A stretch of 64,000 nt of DNA. Source: Caulobacteraceae bacterium (lineage in GTDB: Bacteria > Pseudomonadota > Alphaproteobacteria > Caulobacterales > Caulobacteraceae). The stretch spans positions 22,414-86,413 of the forward strand of contig JARLIQ010000038.1 of the NCBI GenBank assembly GCA_031291645.1. The letters run 5' to 3'. A program made the translations under genes and the position numbers. How positions within the stretch are numbered: position 1 is the first letter of the stretch; each line of letters starts with the position of its first letter. Below, one piece after another: positions 17,702-26,226 of this stretch. The notes beneath the pieces are model-generated. The model was not told the DNA's origin. It ran no database searches and saw only the letters and a program-made list of their open reading frames with translations.

Positions 17702-18708
17702 CGACGCCGGGCGATGACGCGCCGCCCGACGCGGAACGCCTGCGCCAGGCGGCTGCAGCCTGGTTCGCCCGCCTTCGCGCGCCCGACGGCGAGACCTCTC
17801 GTCCAGCCTTCGAGGCCTGGCGTGACGCGGATCCGGCCCATGCGGCCGCCTATGAGCGGATGGAGCGCGTGTGGTCGCGCGGCGCTGTCCTGGCTGCGGC
17901 CAGGCCTGGCCAGGGACGACCGCGCCGCAGGCGCGGGTGGCCGGGGCTGGCCTGGGGCGCCGCCGCCGGGCTTGGCGCAGCGGCCGCCGTCGGGCTCACG
18001 GTCCTGGCCGGCCCCGCTTCGCTCCAGCTCGAGGCCGCGTCGATCGTCTGGCCCAGGGTCTCGACCCGGATCGACCAGATCCGTCGTCTCGATCTGCCTG
18101 ATGGATCGCGCGTGACGCTGGACAGTGACACGGTGCTGGCCACCCATTTCGCGGCGGACATCCGCCAGGTGCGGCTTCTCCGCGGCCGCGCCCGGTTCGA
18201 CGTCGTCGACGAGCGCCGCCGCTTCGTCGTCGACGCCGGCCACGGCGCGATCGAGACCCGCAAGGCGCTGTTCGACGTATCCGTCCGACCCGGCCGGTCG
18301 GCGTCCGTCACCGCGCTCGGCGGGCGACTGGAGGCGAACGATCTCGACGCCCTCGCCGGCGCATCGAGGGCTGGGCGGACGCTCGTCGCCGGCGAGCGTC
18401 TTACGATCGACGGGCGGACGGGCGGGATCGAGGTTGCGGCGGCGCCGGCCGGCGACCAGCTCTGGCCCGAAGGCCTGCTCGATTTCCGCGGCGCGCCGCT
18501 CGGCGAGGCGCTGGCCGAAGCCAACCGCTACAGCCTCGCCAAGATCGTCCTCGCCGATCCGTCGCTGGCCTCGCTCCGGATCAGCGGGGTCTTCAAGGCC
18601 GGCGCCAACACCGACCTGGCGGCCAGCCTGGCGGCGATGTTCCACCTCGAACTCAGCCGCAGCGACACCGGCGGCTATGTGCTCTCGCGTGCCGCCGCCG
18701 CGTCCTGA
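17698..18708 (+). CDS. FecR-family anti-sigma factor / transmembrane sensor
   Basis: The N-terminal anti-sigma motif AAAWFARLRAPD...AFEAWRDADPAHAAAYERME is followed by a TM segment and a FecR periplasmic domain (DLPDGSRVTLDSDT...). Confidence 0.85.
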   Translation: MTTPGDDAPPDAERLRQAAAAWFARLRAPDGETSRPAFEAWRDADPAHAAAYERMERVWSRGAVLAAARPGQGRPRRRRGWPGLAWGAAAGLGAAAAVGLTVLAGPASLQLEAASIVWPRVSTRIDQIRRLDLPDGSRVTLDSDTVLATHFAADIRQVRLLRGRARFDVVDERRRFVVDAGHGAIETRKALFDVSVRPGRSASVTALGGRLEANDLDALAGASRAGRTLVAGERLTIDGRTGGIEVAAAPAGDQLWPEGLLDFRGAPLGEALAEANRYSLAKIVLADPSLASLRISGVFKAGANTDLAASLAAMFHLELSRSDTGGYVLSRAAAAS

Positions 18709-18728
18709 CGGCCCATCGGATCGAATTT

Positions 18729-18752
18729 GAACTTTTTTCGTCGAGCGACGTG
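18729..18752 (+). promoter_or_regulatory. Candidate ECF-type promoter (TGAAC-N16-CGT) upstream of the transporter gene
   Basis: GAATTTGAACTTTTTTCGTCGAGCGACGTG has AAC at 18730-18732 and CGT at 18749-18751, a 16-nt spacer as in iron-starvation/FecI-type promoters. It lies ~75 nt upstream of the TBDT start. Motif only. Confidence 0.3.
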
Positions 18753-18825
18753 AGGTCGCCCGCCCCTGTCCCGTCGAACGCCTCGAACGGACTTCGTCTC
18801 GAGGTTCGAAAGCGGGGAGCAGGGA

Positions 18826-21375
18826 ATGGTATTGTTGTCTCAATCGATCCGGCGGTGGGGCCTGGCTGGCGCGGCCGCGGGTGTGCTGGCGCTCGCCGCC
18901 GCCGCCGCTCAGGCCGCCGAGGCGGCGCGCAGCTACAACCTCAAGGCCGAGGACCTCGACTCGGCCCTGCACGAGGTCGCCCTGATCTCGGGCCGCTCGA
19001 TCATCGCCCCATCGGGCCTCTTAGCCCATCACCGCGGCGGACCGCTCGAAGGTCGTTACACCGCCGAGGACGCCGTCCGCGCGCTCCTGACCGGCACGGG
19101 CCTTTCCGTCAGCGTCGTCGGCGGCGCCCTGGTGGTCAGCGCCGACGATCAACCGGCCAACCCGCCAGCCGCCGCGCAGCTTTCCGAGGTCGTGGTCAGC
19201 GCCAGCCACATCAAGGGCGCGCCGCCCTCCGCGCCGGTCCAGACGGTGAACCGGACCGATATCGAACGGTCGGGGTATGGCGACGTCGGCGAATTGATGC
19301 GGAGCCTGCCGGAATCCTACGCCGGCGGCCAGCAGCCGGGTGTCCTGATCGGCGCCAGCGGCACCAACGCCGGCAACTCCAACCAGACCAACTCGGCCAC
19401 GGTCAACCTGCGCGGCCTCGGCTCGGACGCCACCCTCGTCCTGATCGACGGCCACCGGCTGGCGGCCGACGCCGAAAACCAGGCGCCGGACATCTCGGTG
19501 ATCCCGCTGGCCGGCATCGCCCGGGTCGAGGTGGTCACGGACGGCGCCTCGGCGCTCTACGGCTCGGACGCCGTGGCCGGCGTCGCCAACTTCATCATGA
19601 GATCCGACTACGACGGTGCGGAGGTCTCCGAGCGGATCGGCGGGGCGACCGAAGGCGGGGACTTCAGCCAGATCTACACGGCGCTGGCGGGCAAGACCTG
19701 GGGGAGCGGACACGTGCTGGCGAGCGTGGAGACCAGCCACCAGACCCCGATCCTGGCCAGCCAACGCGACTACACTCACGGTGCGCCCGGGGTGAACGAC
19801 CTTCTGTGGCCGCAGACCAAGACCTCGGCCTTCGTCAACCTCGGCCAGGACCTGACGCCCTGGGCGAGCTTCCACTTCGACGGCCTCTACGCCCATCGGC
19901 AGTACGGCCAGGACGAACAATCGACCGAGGCGACCCCGATCTCGGTCCTCGACGACAAGACGAAATTCTATTTCCTGGCGCCGGCGCTCGACTTCACCCT
20001 GCCGGACGGCTGGGCCGCCAGCCTGCAGGGAACAGCCTCGGCATCCCAGGACCCGGCATACATCAGCTTTCCGGGCGGTCACTACGTGACCAACTACGCC
20101 AACTCGACTGACGATGTCGAAGCCGGCGCCAGCGGGCCGATCGCGACCCTGCCGAGCGGGCAGGTCAAGCTCGCGGTGGGTGGCGGCTATCGGGCCGAGC
20201 GCTTCGCCGTCGACCTTGACGGATCGCCCTATCAGGCCGGCGCTGACCATGTGACCTATCTCTACGGCGAGGCCTTCGCGCCGCTGGTCAGTCCGTCCGA
20301 CGACCGGCTGCTGCTCCACGCGCTCGACCTCAGCCTCGCCGGCCGCTGGGAGCGCTACAGCGACTTCGGCTCCACGACCAACCCCAAGGTCGGCCTACGC
20401 TACAAGCCGGTGAACGGCCTGACGCTGCGCGCCACCTGGGGGACCTCGTTCAAGGCGCCGGAGTTCCTGCAGACCAGCGAGCCGGCGAACATCTTCCTCT
20501 ACCCCGGGACCTTCCTTGGCGGCTCAGCGGGGACGACCGGGCTCTTGACCTTCGGCGGCAACCCCAAGCTCAAGCCGGAGCGGGCGAACGGCTGGACCAT
20601 CGGGGCGGACTGGGCGCCGCCACAGGTCCACGCGTTCGAGGTGTCGGTGACCTACTTCAATATCGACTACACCGACCGCATCGTGCAGCCGATCAGCAAC
20701 CCCGGGGTCGCGCTCACCGACCCGCTCTACGCCTCGTTCGTCACCACCGACCCATCCGACGCCGAACAGGCCGCGGCCATCGCCAACGCTGGGGCCTTCT
20801 ACAACGAATCCGGCGCGGCCTATGACTCGTCCAAGGTGGTCGCCCTGGTGCAGGACCTCCTGGTCAACGCGGCGTCGCAAAGGATCCAGGGCGTCGACCT
20901 CTCGATCAAGAAGAGCTTCACGCTCGGCCCGGCCGACCAAATCGACGCCTTCGTCAACGCCAGCTGGCTGCATATCCTGCAGCAGACGCTGCCGAGCCAG
21001 CCGTTCGTGACCTTGACCGGCACCCTGTTCAATCCGCCGACCCTGCGCACGCGCGCCGGCCTGACCTGGACCCACGGCCCGCTGTCGGCCACCGGCATCG
21101 TCAACTACATCTCCGGCGAGATGGACACCGGGGTGACGCCCAACGTCCCAGTCGCGGCCTGGACGACGCTCGACCTGAACCTGAACTACAAGTTCGGCCG
21201 CCTGAACCGCAGGCTGTCCGACCTGGACGCGACGCTCTCCGTCACCAACGCCCTCGACGCCAAACCGCCCTACGCCAAGGGGGCGTCAGACTACGCCCCC
21301 GGCTTCAACTTCGACAGCACCAACGCCTCGGCGGTCGGCCGGTTCGTCGCCTTCCAGCTCCGCGAGCGCTTCTAG
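18826..21375 (+). CDS. TonB-dependent transporter with N-terminal STN signalling domain (FecA/FpvA-type transducer)
   Basis: Signal peptide, then an STN-like block (YNLKAEDLDSALHEVALISGRSIIAP...AEDAVRALLTGTGLSVSVVGGALVV), a plug (VNLRGLG..ATLVLIDGHR, VEVVTDGASALYGSDAVAGVANF) and a terminal ...FQLRERF. Confidence 0.9.
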   Translation: MVLLSQSIRRWGLAGAAAGVLALAAAAAQAAEAARSYNLKAEDLDSALHEVALISGRSIIAPSGLLAHHRGGPLEGRYTAEDAVRALLTGTGLSVSVVGGALVVSADDQPANPPAAAQLSEVVVSASHIKGAPPSAPVQTVNRTDIERSGYGDVGELMRSLPESYAGGQQPGVLIGASGTNAGNSNQTNSATVNLRGLGSDATLVLIDGHRLAADAENQAPDISVIPLAGIARVEVVTDGASALYGSDAVAGVANFIMRSDYDGAEVSERIGGATEGGDFSQIYTALAGKTWGSGHVLASVETSHQTPILASQRDYTHGAPGVNDLLWPQTKTSAFVNLGQDLTPWASFHFDGLYAHRQYGQDEQSTEATPISVLDDKTKFYFLAPALDFTLPDGWAASLQGTASASQDPAYISFPGGHYVTNYANSTDDVEAGASGPIATLPSGQVKLAVGGGYRAERFAVDLDGSPYQAGADHVTYLYGEAFAPLVSPSDDRLLLHALDLSLAGRWERYSDFGSTTNPKVGLRYKPVNGLTLRATWGTSFKAPEFLQTSEPANIFLYPGTFLGGSAGTTGLLTFGGNPKLKPERANGWTIGADWAPPQVHAFEVSVTYFNIDYTDRIVQPISNPGVALTDPLYASFVTTDPSDAEQAAAIANAGAFYNESGAAYDSSKVVALVQDLLVNAASQRIQGVDLSIKKSFTLGPADQIDAFVNASWLHILQQTLPSQPFVTLTGTLFNPPTLRTRAGLTWTHGPLSATGIVNYISGEMDTGVTPNVPVAAWTTLDLNLNYKFGRLNRRLSDLDATLSVTNALDAKPPYAKGASDYAPGFNFDSTNASAVGRFVAFQLRERF

Positions 21376-21400
21376 CCTCCTGCTTTTCTGGGGATTTCTG

Positions 21401-23485
21401 ATGATCAGTCTCACCCTGCGGGCGAGCTTTCTCGCGTCCGCGTCCGTTCTGCTCGCCTGTGCTTCGGCGCAGGCGGCCCCCTCGCCGCGCGAGCTGTTGG
21501 AACTCGCCGACCTTTCCAGCGTCTCGATCTCGCCAGACGGCTCCACCGTCGCGTTCCGGCTGGAGCGCGCCTCTGTGGAACGCAACACCTACGACAGCGT
21601 CTGGTTCGTCGAGCCGGTGGCCGGCGGGACGGCGCCACGGCGGCTAGCCGACGGCGGCCCGCCGCCACACAACGACCAGGGCGGGGCGACCAGCACGCCG
21701 CCAATCTGGTCGCCAGATGGGCGTTGGATCTACTACCAGGCCCTGATCGACGGCCAGGTCCAAGTCTGGCGCGCGGCGGCCGACGGCTCCCGAGCCGAGG
21801 CCATCACCCACGATCCAGCCGACGTCCAGGCCTTCGCGGTGAATCCCGACGGCTCCAGCCTGCTCTACCGGGTCGGCGCGACGCGCGAGGCGATCCTGGA
21901 GGCCGAGCAGACCGAGTACGATCAGGGGATCAGGATCGACGCCACCGTTCCGGTCGGCCAGCCGCTCTTCCGGTCGGGCTATGTCAACGGCCGGCTGGCC
22001 ACCCAGCGGTTCACCAACGATTGGTCGAGCCGAGGCCCCCTCCTCGGCCAGACCGTCCCGAGCTGGAAGTGGGTCGACCTGGCCAGCCTGGAGACACGCG
22101 ACGCCACATCGACGGAACTCAGGGCCGCGTCGGGGCGGCTGCCCACCGTCACGACCAGCATGATCGAGGCCGTCGGTGTCGCCTTCAGTTCGCGGTCTCC
22201 CGACAGTGGCGCGATCGTCGAGGCGCTGTTCGCGGGCAAAGCCAAGACCCTCCAGGTCCGAAGGCCTGACGGTTCACGGCTGATCTGCAGGGTCCCGCGC
22301 TGCACAGACGTCGACGTCGTCGCCGCCGTCTGGCGCCCAGGCCACGATCAGGTCGTCTTCAGCACGACGGACCACGACCGCGGCCGAGGGCAGTCGCTCC
22401 TGCTCTGGGACTTGTCGACCGGCACGGTCCGGCTGATCGTTCGGTCGGCGGGGCTCCTGGCCGGCGGGCGCGACGTCGGCTGGAACAATTCCTGCGCCGT
22501 CGGCGAACGCTATGCGGTGTGCGTGGCCGCCGACGCGGACACGCCGCCCAGGCTGGAGCGGGTGGACCTCGAAACCGGCGAGCGAGCTGTGCTCTTCGAT
22601 CCGAACGCCGCGCTCGCCGCTGAGGCTGGCCCGCATGCCGCCTTCATGGCCTGGAAGGACCCAGCCGGTGAGGTCTTCACCGGCGAATACTTCCCCCCGG
22701 CCGTCGTCGGTTCGGGCGTGCCGGCGCCCCTGTTCATCACCTACTACAGCTGCGGCGGCTATCTTCGGGGCGGCGCCGGCGACGAGTGGCCGCTCGCCAG
22801 CCTCGCCGGGGCCGGCATCGCCGCGCTCTGCGTCAACGAGCCTGCGCTGAACCTGCCGCATCTTGACCAGCTTGAGCGGTACCAGACGGCGATTTCCGGC
22901 ATTCGGACCGTGATCGATGACCTCGCACGGAGCGGTCAGATCGATCCGCATCGCGTCGGGATCGGCGGCCTCAGCTTCGGCAGCGAAGTGGCGATGTGGG
23001 TGGCGATGCGCTCGAATCTTGTCTCGGCCGTCTCGGTCACCTCGCCGTCGGTCACACCGACCTACTTCTGGGCGCACAGCGTGAAGGGCGCCGGCTTCCG
23101 CGCCGACCTTCGAGGCATGTGGGGCGTCGGTTCGCCAGAGGAAACGCCGGACCGGTGGAAGCTCCTGTCGCCGGCCTTGAACCTCGACAAGCTCCACGCC
23201 GCCATCCTGATGCAGATGCCTGAGCAGGAGTACCTCGACACGATCGACTACATCTCCCCGCTCATGGCGTCGTCCACGCCGATCGAGGTCTACGCCTTCC
23301 CCAACGAGCCGCACCAGAAGGTCCAGCCTCGGCACAAGTTTGCGGCCTACGAGCGGAATCTGGACTGGTTTCGCTTCTGGCTTCAGGGGTATGTCGATCC
23401 GGACCCGACCAAGGCGGCGCAATACCAACGTTGGGAGACAATGCGCGTCAAGGCCGCCCAAGGTCAGCCGACACCGTCGGGCTGA
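21401..23485 (+). CDS. Prolyl-oligopeptidase (S9) family serine hydrolase; lasso-peptide isopeptidase (AtxE-type) candidate
   Basis: Signal peptide, an N-terminal beta-propeller-like half (SPDGSTVAF, WSPDGRWIYY), and a C-terminal alpha/beta hydrolase with GxSxG (GIGGLSFGSEV) and a late His (NEPHQK). It is placed between the TBDT and the lasso cyclase, as in astexin-type loci. Confidence 0.75.
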   Translation: MISLTLRASFLASASVLLACASAQAAPSPRELLELADLSSVSISPDGSTVAFRLERASVERNTYDSVWFVEPVAGGTAPRRLADGGPPPHNDQGGATSTPPIWSPDGRWIYYQALIDGQVQVWRAAADGSRAEAITHDPADVQAFAVNPDGSSLLYRVGATREAILEAEQTEYDQGIRIDATVPVGQPLFRSGYVNGRLATQRFTNDWSSRGPLLGQTVPSWKWVDLASLETRDATSTELRAASGRLPTVTTSMIEAVGVAFSSRSPDSGAIVEALFAGKAKTLQVRRPDGSRLICRVPRCTDVDVVAAVWRPGHDQVVFSTTDHDRGRGQSLLLWDLSTGTVRLIVRSAGLLAGGRDVGWNNSCAVGERYAVCVAADADTPPRLERVDLETGERAVLFDPNAALAAEAGPHAAFMAWKDPAGEVFTGEYFPPAVVGSGVPAPLFITYYSCGGYLRGGAGDEWPLASLAGAGIAALCVNEPALNLPHLDQLERYQTAISGIRTVIDDLARSGQIDPHRVGIGGLSFGSEVAMWVAMRSNLVSAVSVTSPSVTPTYFWAHSVKGAGFRADLRGMWGVGSPEETPDRWKLLSPALNLDKLHAAILMQMPEQEYLDTIDYISPLMASSTPIEVYAFPNEPHQKVQPRHKFAAYERNLDWFRFWLQGYVDPDPTKAAQYQRWETMRVKAAQGQPTPSG

Positions 23486-25277
23486 ACGGGGAAAGCGGCT
23501 CGGCCCTGGCGTCGCGCCCTCGCCAGGACTTGATCCAGGCCTCGGCGCCGGCCATTTCGAGCAGCCTGTAGAAGTTCACGTCGGGCGGCGGTCCTGTCTG
23601 GGCCAGATAGGCCTCGACCGCCGGGCGGTCCAAGAGGCCCATCCGGTCAAGCTCGCCGCCGATCAGCAAGTCGGCGAGCTGGCGGCGGTTGCGAACGAAG
23701 GCGAGGCCGCTGAAGCCCGAAAAGTCGCCTTTCGAGCGCCGGGTTAGGACCTCGGGCGGCAAGCGATCGGCGAAGGCGTCCCTGGCGACGGCGCGGTTCC
23801 GCCCACCCTGGATCCACATCCAGCTTGGGATGCGCAGACAGTGTTCGACAAGGGGTTGGGACAACAGCGGATAGCGGAGCGGCGCGAGGCCGGCGCGATC
23901 CTGGCTGTCAACCGCGCACTGGATGAACATCAGGCTCGTGACGTGCTCGATCTTGCCGGGCAGCGCATCCGTGGGACGTTCGAGCCAGGGATGCGGGGCG
24001 GGATCATACCGAAGAGTATTTGACGACAGAAACCGCGGGTCTTTCCGCCAAACCGGCGGCCGGCCTCGCGCCCACTTTCTCAGAGCAAGGCCGGCAGCGC
24101 GCCAGAGGGTGCAGCGATGCAGGTTTGAGAGATCGTCGACCGCGCGCAGAAAGGTCAGACCAGGGCCGCGCGTGAGCAGCGCGTCGGTCGCCGGCGCGGC
24201 GCTCCCCAGGTAGCAGAAGACGTTGTCGCCGCCACCCCCCGAGAACAGCGCGTCAGGGCGCCGGTCGCGCGCCTCGGCGATAAACGCCAAGTCCACGGCC
24301 TGCTGCAGGGCGCCAAGGCCGGGCCTCAACCAGGTAAGCGTCGGCGCACGCGCGATCTCGACAGCGTCGATGTCCAGCTTTCGCGTCGTCAGCGAAGCGC
24401 CGATGGAGCGCGCCATCGCCTCGGCGTAGGCGCGTTCGTCGGCGGCCGGATCATCAGTCGCGAGGTTGACGCAGGAGACGCCGGACCGGCCGTGCAAAGA
24501 GGCGGCGATGATCGATGAGTCCAGGCCTCCAGAGAGCTCGAGCAGGATGGCGGGCGACTGGCGAGCCCAGGCGCGAACGCAGCGCTCGGCTTCTTCACGA
24601 ACGCCGGCTGTGGCCGCCCCGCGGTCATGCAGCTGTGCGCCGCGATCGGCGAAGGTCCAGGGCGACCAGACCGTAGCGATGCTCGTGCGGCCGCCTTCGA
24701 TCGTCAGCCGGGTTCCGGCCACCAGCTCACTGACGCCGCAAAGGCCGGTCCGCGCTCCGCGGAGGCCTCTGAAAAGCAGGTAGTGCGCGATGAACGCCGG
24801 ATCGACCTCGGGCTTGATCAACGCCAGGGCGAGAATCGGCTCGAGATCGGAGAAGAGGACCTGACATCCCTCCCAGGCCAGGCGAAAGCAGGCCATCGCG
24901 CCAGACGGGTCTCGGACCGCATCGACGCGGTTATGCGCATGGTCGGCGAGAAGGGCGATGTAGCCACCCCACACCGACTGCAACAGGGATTCGCCACGGC
25001 TCTCCGTCACCTGCGAGCTGAGGACAAGATCCGAGGCCCGCACCGGGTCCGCCTCGCCGCCGCGATGAAACAGGGCCCCGATCACCACACCGGCGCCGCC
25101 CTGGATGGGAAGGATCGGCGTCTCTTGCGCGGCGTAGACTACGAGTGCGTCGACGTCGAACACACGAACCATGCCGAAGCGCTGTTCGAGCGCGGCTGCG
25201 ATCTGAGCCAGACGTGGTTCGAGGCGGTCGCGGGCGCCGGCAGGGACAACGATTGCGAGGTAGCGTTCGCGCATCAC
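23448..25277 (-). CDS. Lasso-peptide cyclase (asparagine-synthetase-like, McjC family)
   Basis: 609 aa with a PP-loop ATP-binding motif LELSGGLDSSIIAASL and an Asn-synthase B-like fold. An ATGA overlap joins it to the upstream B gene. Its C-terminus is paralogous to the remnant at 10286-10470. Confidence 0.85.
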   Translation of the reverse strand: MMRERYLAIVVPAGARDRLEPRLAQIAAALEQRFGMVRVFDVDALVVYAAQETPILPIQGGAGVVIGALFHRGGEADPVRASDLVLSSQVTESRGESLLQSVWGGYIALLADHAHNRVDAVRDPSGAMACFRLAWEGCQVLFSDLEPILALALIKPEVDPAFIAHYLLFRGLRGARTGLCGVSELVAGTRLTIEGGRTSIATVWSPWTFADRGAQLHDRGAATAGVREEAERCVRAWARQSPAILLELSGGLDSSIIAASLHGRSGVSCVNLATDDPAADERAYAEAMARSIGASLTTRKLDIDAVEIARAPTLTWLRPGLGALQQAVDLAFIAEARDRRPDALFSGGGGDNVFCYLGSAAPATDALLTRGPGLTFLRAVDDLSNLHRCTLWRAAGLALRKWARGRPPVWRKDPRFLSSNTLRYDPAPHPWLERPTDALPGKIEHVTSLMFIQCAVDSQDRAGLAPLRYPLLSQPLVEHCLRIPSWMWIQGGRNRAVARDAFADRLPPEVLTRRSKGDFSGFSGLAFVRNRRQLADLLIGGELDRMGLLDRPAVEAYLAQTGPPPDVNFYRLLEMAGAEAWIKSWRGRDARAEPLSPFSPTVSADLGRP

Positions 25278-25930
25278 ACCACCAGGATCGGCGTGAAGCA
25301 GGTGACTGCGCCGAGGCCGTCATTGAGGACTTCGGCGCCGGCCTGCACCCAGCAATGGGCGGTGAAAGGGTTCAGCCGCACGCCGAAGACCAGGTCGGCC
25401 GCGAATCCTCGGGCGCCGAGAAAATCGAGCATGGCCAACGCGTCGGGCAGGCAGGCGATCGCGTGAGGACAGATCCGTCGGGCTGCGCTGAAGTCGAGCG
25501 CCAGCCGCCGTAGAGACCGATCGCCAGCGCCAACGGCGCGCAGACGGGCGTTTCGGCTTCGAACACGCGCGATCAGTGCGCTGAACGGCGTTCTGACCAC
25601 CTGGCCTCGGGCGCGCGCCAACCTGAAGGCGACCTCCACCACGACGGCCGGCCCGAAGCGGGCGCGGTCGCCTGGCGCATCGACAAGGCTGGATTCTGGC
25701 TGCGGGGCGCGCGTGGGCTCAATGGGGGCCGCGCCTTGTGGCTCGACCACGCCGGTGCGCGTCAGCGCTTCCATATCGTTCGCAGGCGGGACGCCCCCAC
25801 CGGCCAACGCGCGGAAGGCATGTTCAGCCGCGGCACGGAGGCAGTAGTAGCGGTCCGCCCGCATATCGAGGAAGACGGGACGATCCCCGACCCAACAGAA
25901 GCTGACCTGTTCGCGAAGACTCCAGGGCAT
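25274..25930 (-). CDS. Lasso-peptide B protein: fused PqqD-like RRE (B1) and transglutaminase-like Cys protease (B2), McjB family
   Basis: The N-terminal block VSFCWVGDRPVFLDMRADRYYCL is PqqD/RRE-like. The C-terminal catalytic pattern is C (RRICPHAIACLPDALA), H (FTAHCWVQ) and D (VLND). Length 218 aa. Confidence 0.8.
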   Translation of the reverse strand: MPWSLREQVSFCWVGDRPVFLDMRADRYYCLRAAAEHAFRALAGGGVPPANDMEALTRTGVVEPQGAAPIEPTRAPQPESSLVDAPGDRARFGPAVVVEVAFRLARARGQVVRTPFSALIARVRSRNARLRAVGAGDRSLRRLALDFSAARRICPHAIACLPDALAMLDFLGARGFAADLVFGVRLNPFTAHCWVQAGAEVLNDGLGAVTCFTPILVV

Positions 25931-25962
25931 GGTGTCCCTCGCCCGCTCTGTAAGGGGAAACA

Positions 25963-25992
25963 GCGGCGCGCGTGCACAGGCTCGCGCGCCGC
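25963..25992 (-). terminator. GC-rich hairpin (10-bp stem) between the precursor and B genes; probable attenuator
   Basis: On the mRNA strand GCGGCGCGCG-AGCCTGTGCA-CGCGCGCCGC is followed by TGTTTCCCC. It sits in the 72-nt A-B intergenic gap. Confidence 0.5.
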
Positions 25993-26002
25993 CGCGCCAG
26001 GC

Positions 26003-26137
26003 TCAGTCGTCCGAGATGCCTTCCGGCAGGAGGTAGCCCGTGGCCTCGCCGTGAAGCTGCACGCCGCCGTGGGTCTCGACGCTCGCGGCGCCCAGGTCGA
26101 TCAGTTCGGCTTCACGCCGGTCTTCGGTCCGTTCCAT
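26003..26137 (-). CDS. Lasso-peptide precursor (44 aa): leader MERTEDRREAELIDLGAASVETH, predicted core GGVQLHGEATGYLLPEGISDD
   Basis: Manual ORF below the track size cut-off, ATG 26137-26135 to TGA 26005-26003. A GGAGA Shine-Dalgarno sequence lies 6 nt upstream. Thr is at -2, Gly at +1 and Glu at +8 (ring acceptor). It lies directly upstream of, and co-oriented with, the B and C genes. Confidence 0.8.
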   Translation of the reverse strand: MERTEDRREAELIDLGAASVETHGGVQLHGEATGYLLPEGISDD

Positions 26138-26156
26138 CGCAGGTCTCCCTATGGAG

Positions 26157-26177
26157 GGTCACGACCGTTTCGTGACC
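26157..26177 (-). promoter_or_regulatory. Perfect 8-bp inverted repeat GGTCACGA-N5-TCGTGACC in the precursor 5' leader
   Basis: Seen directly, ~20 nt upstream of the precursor start. The same position in the decayed paralogous leader (10510-10530) keeps a 7-bp pairing with one G-U wobble. Confidence 0.45.
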
Positions 26178-26226
26178 GACCCACGATAGGCGCCGCCTCG
26201 GGCTTATCCTGAGAGAATTATCCTCA

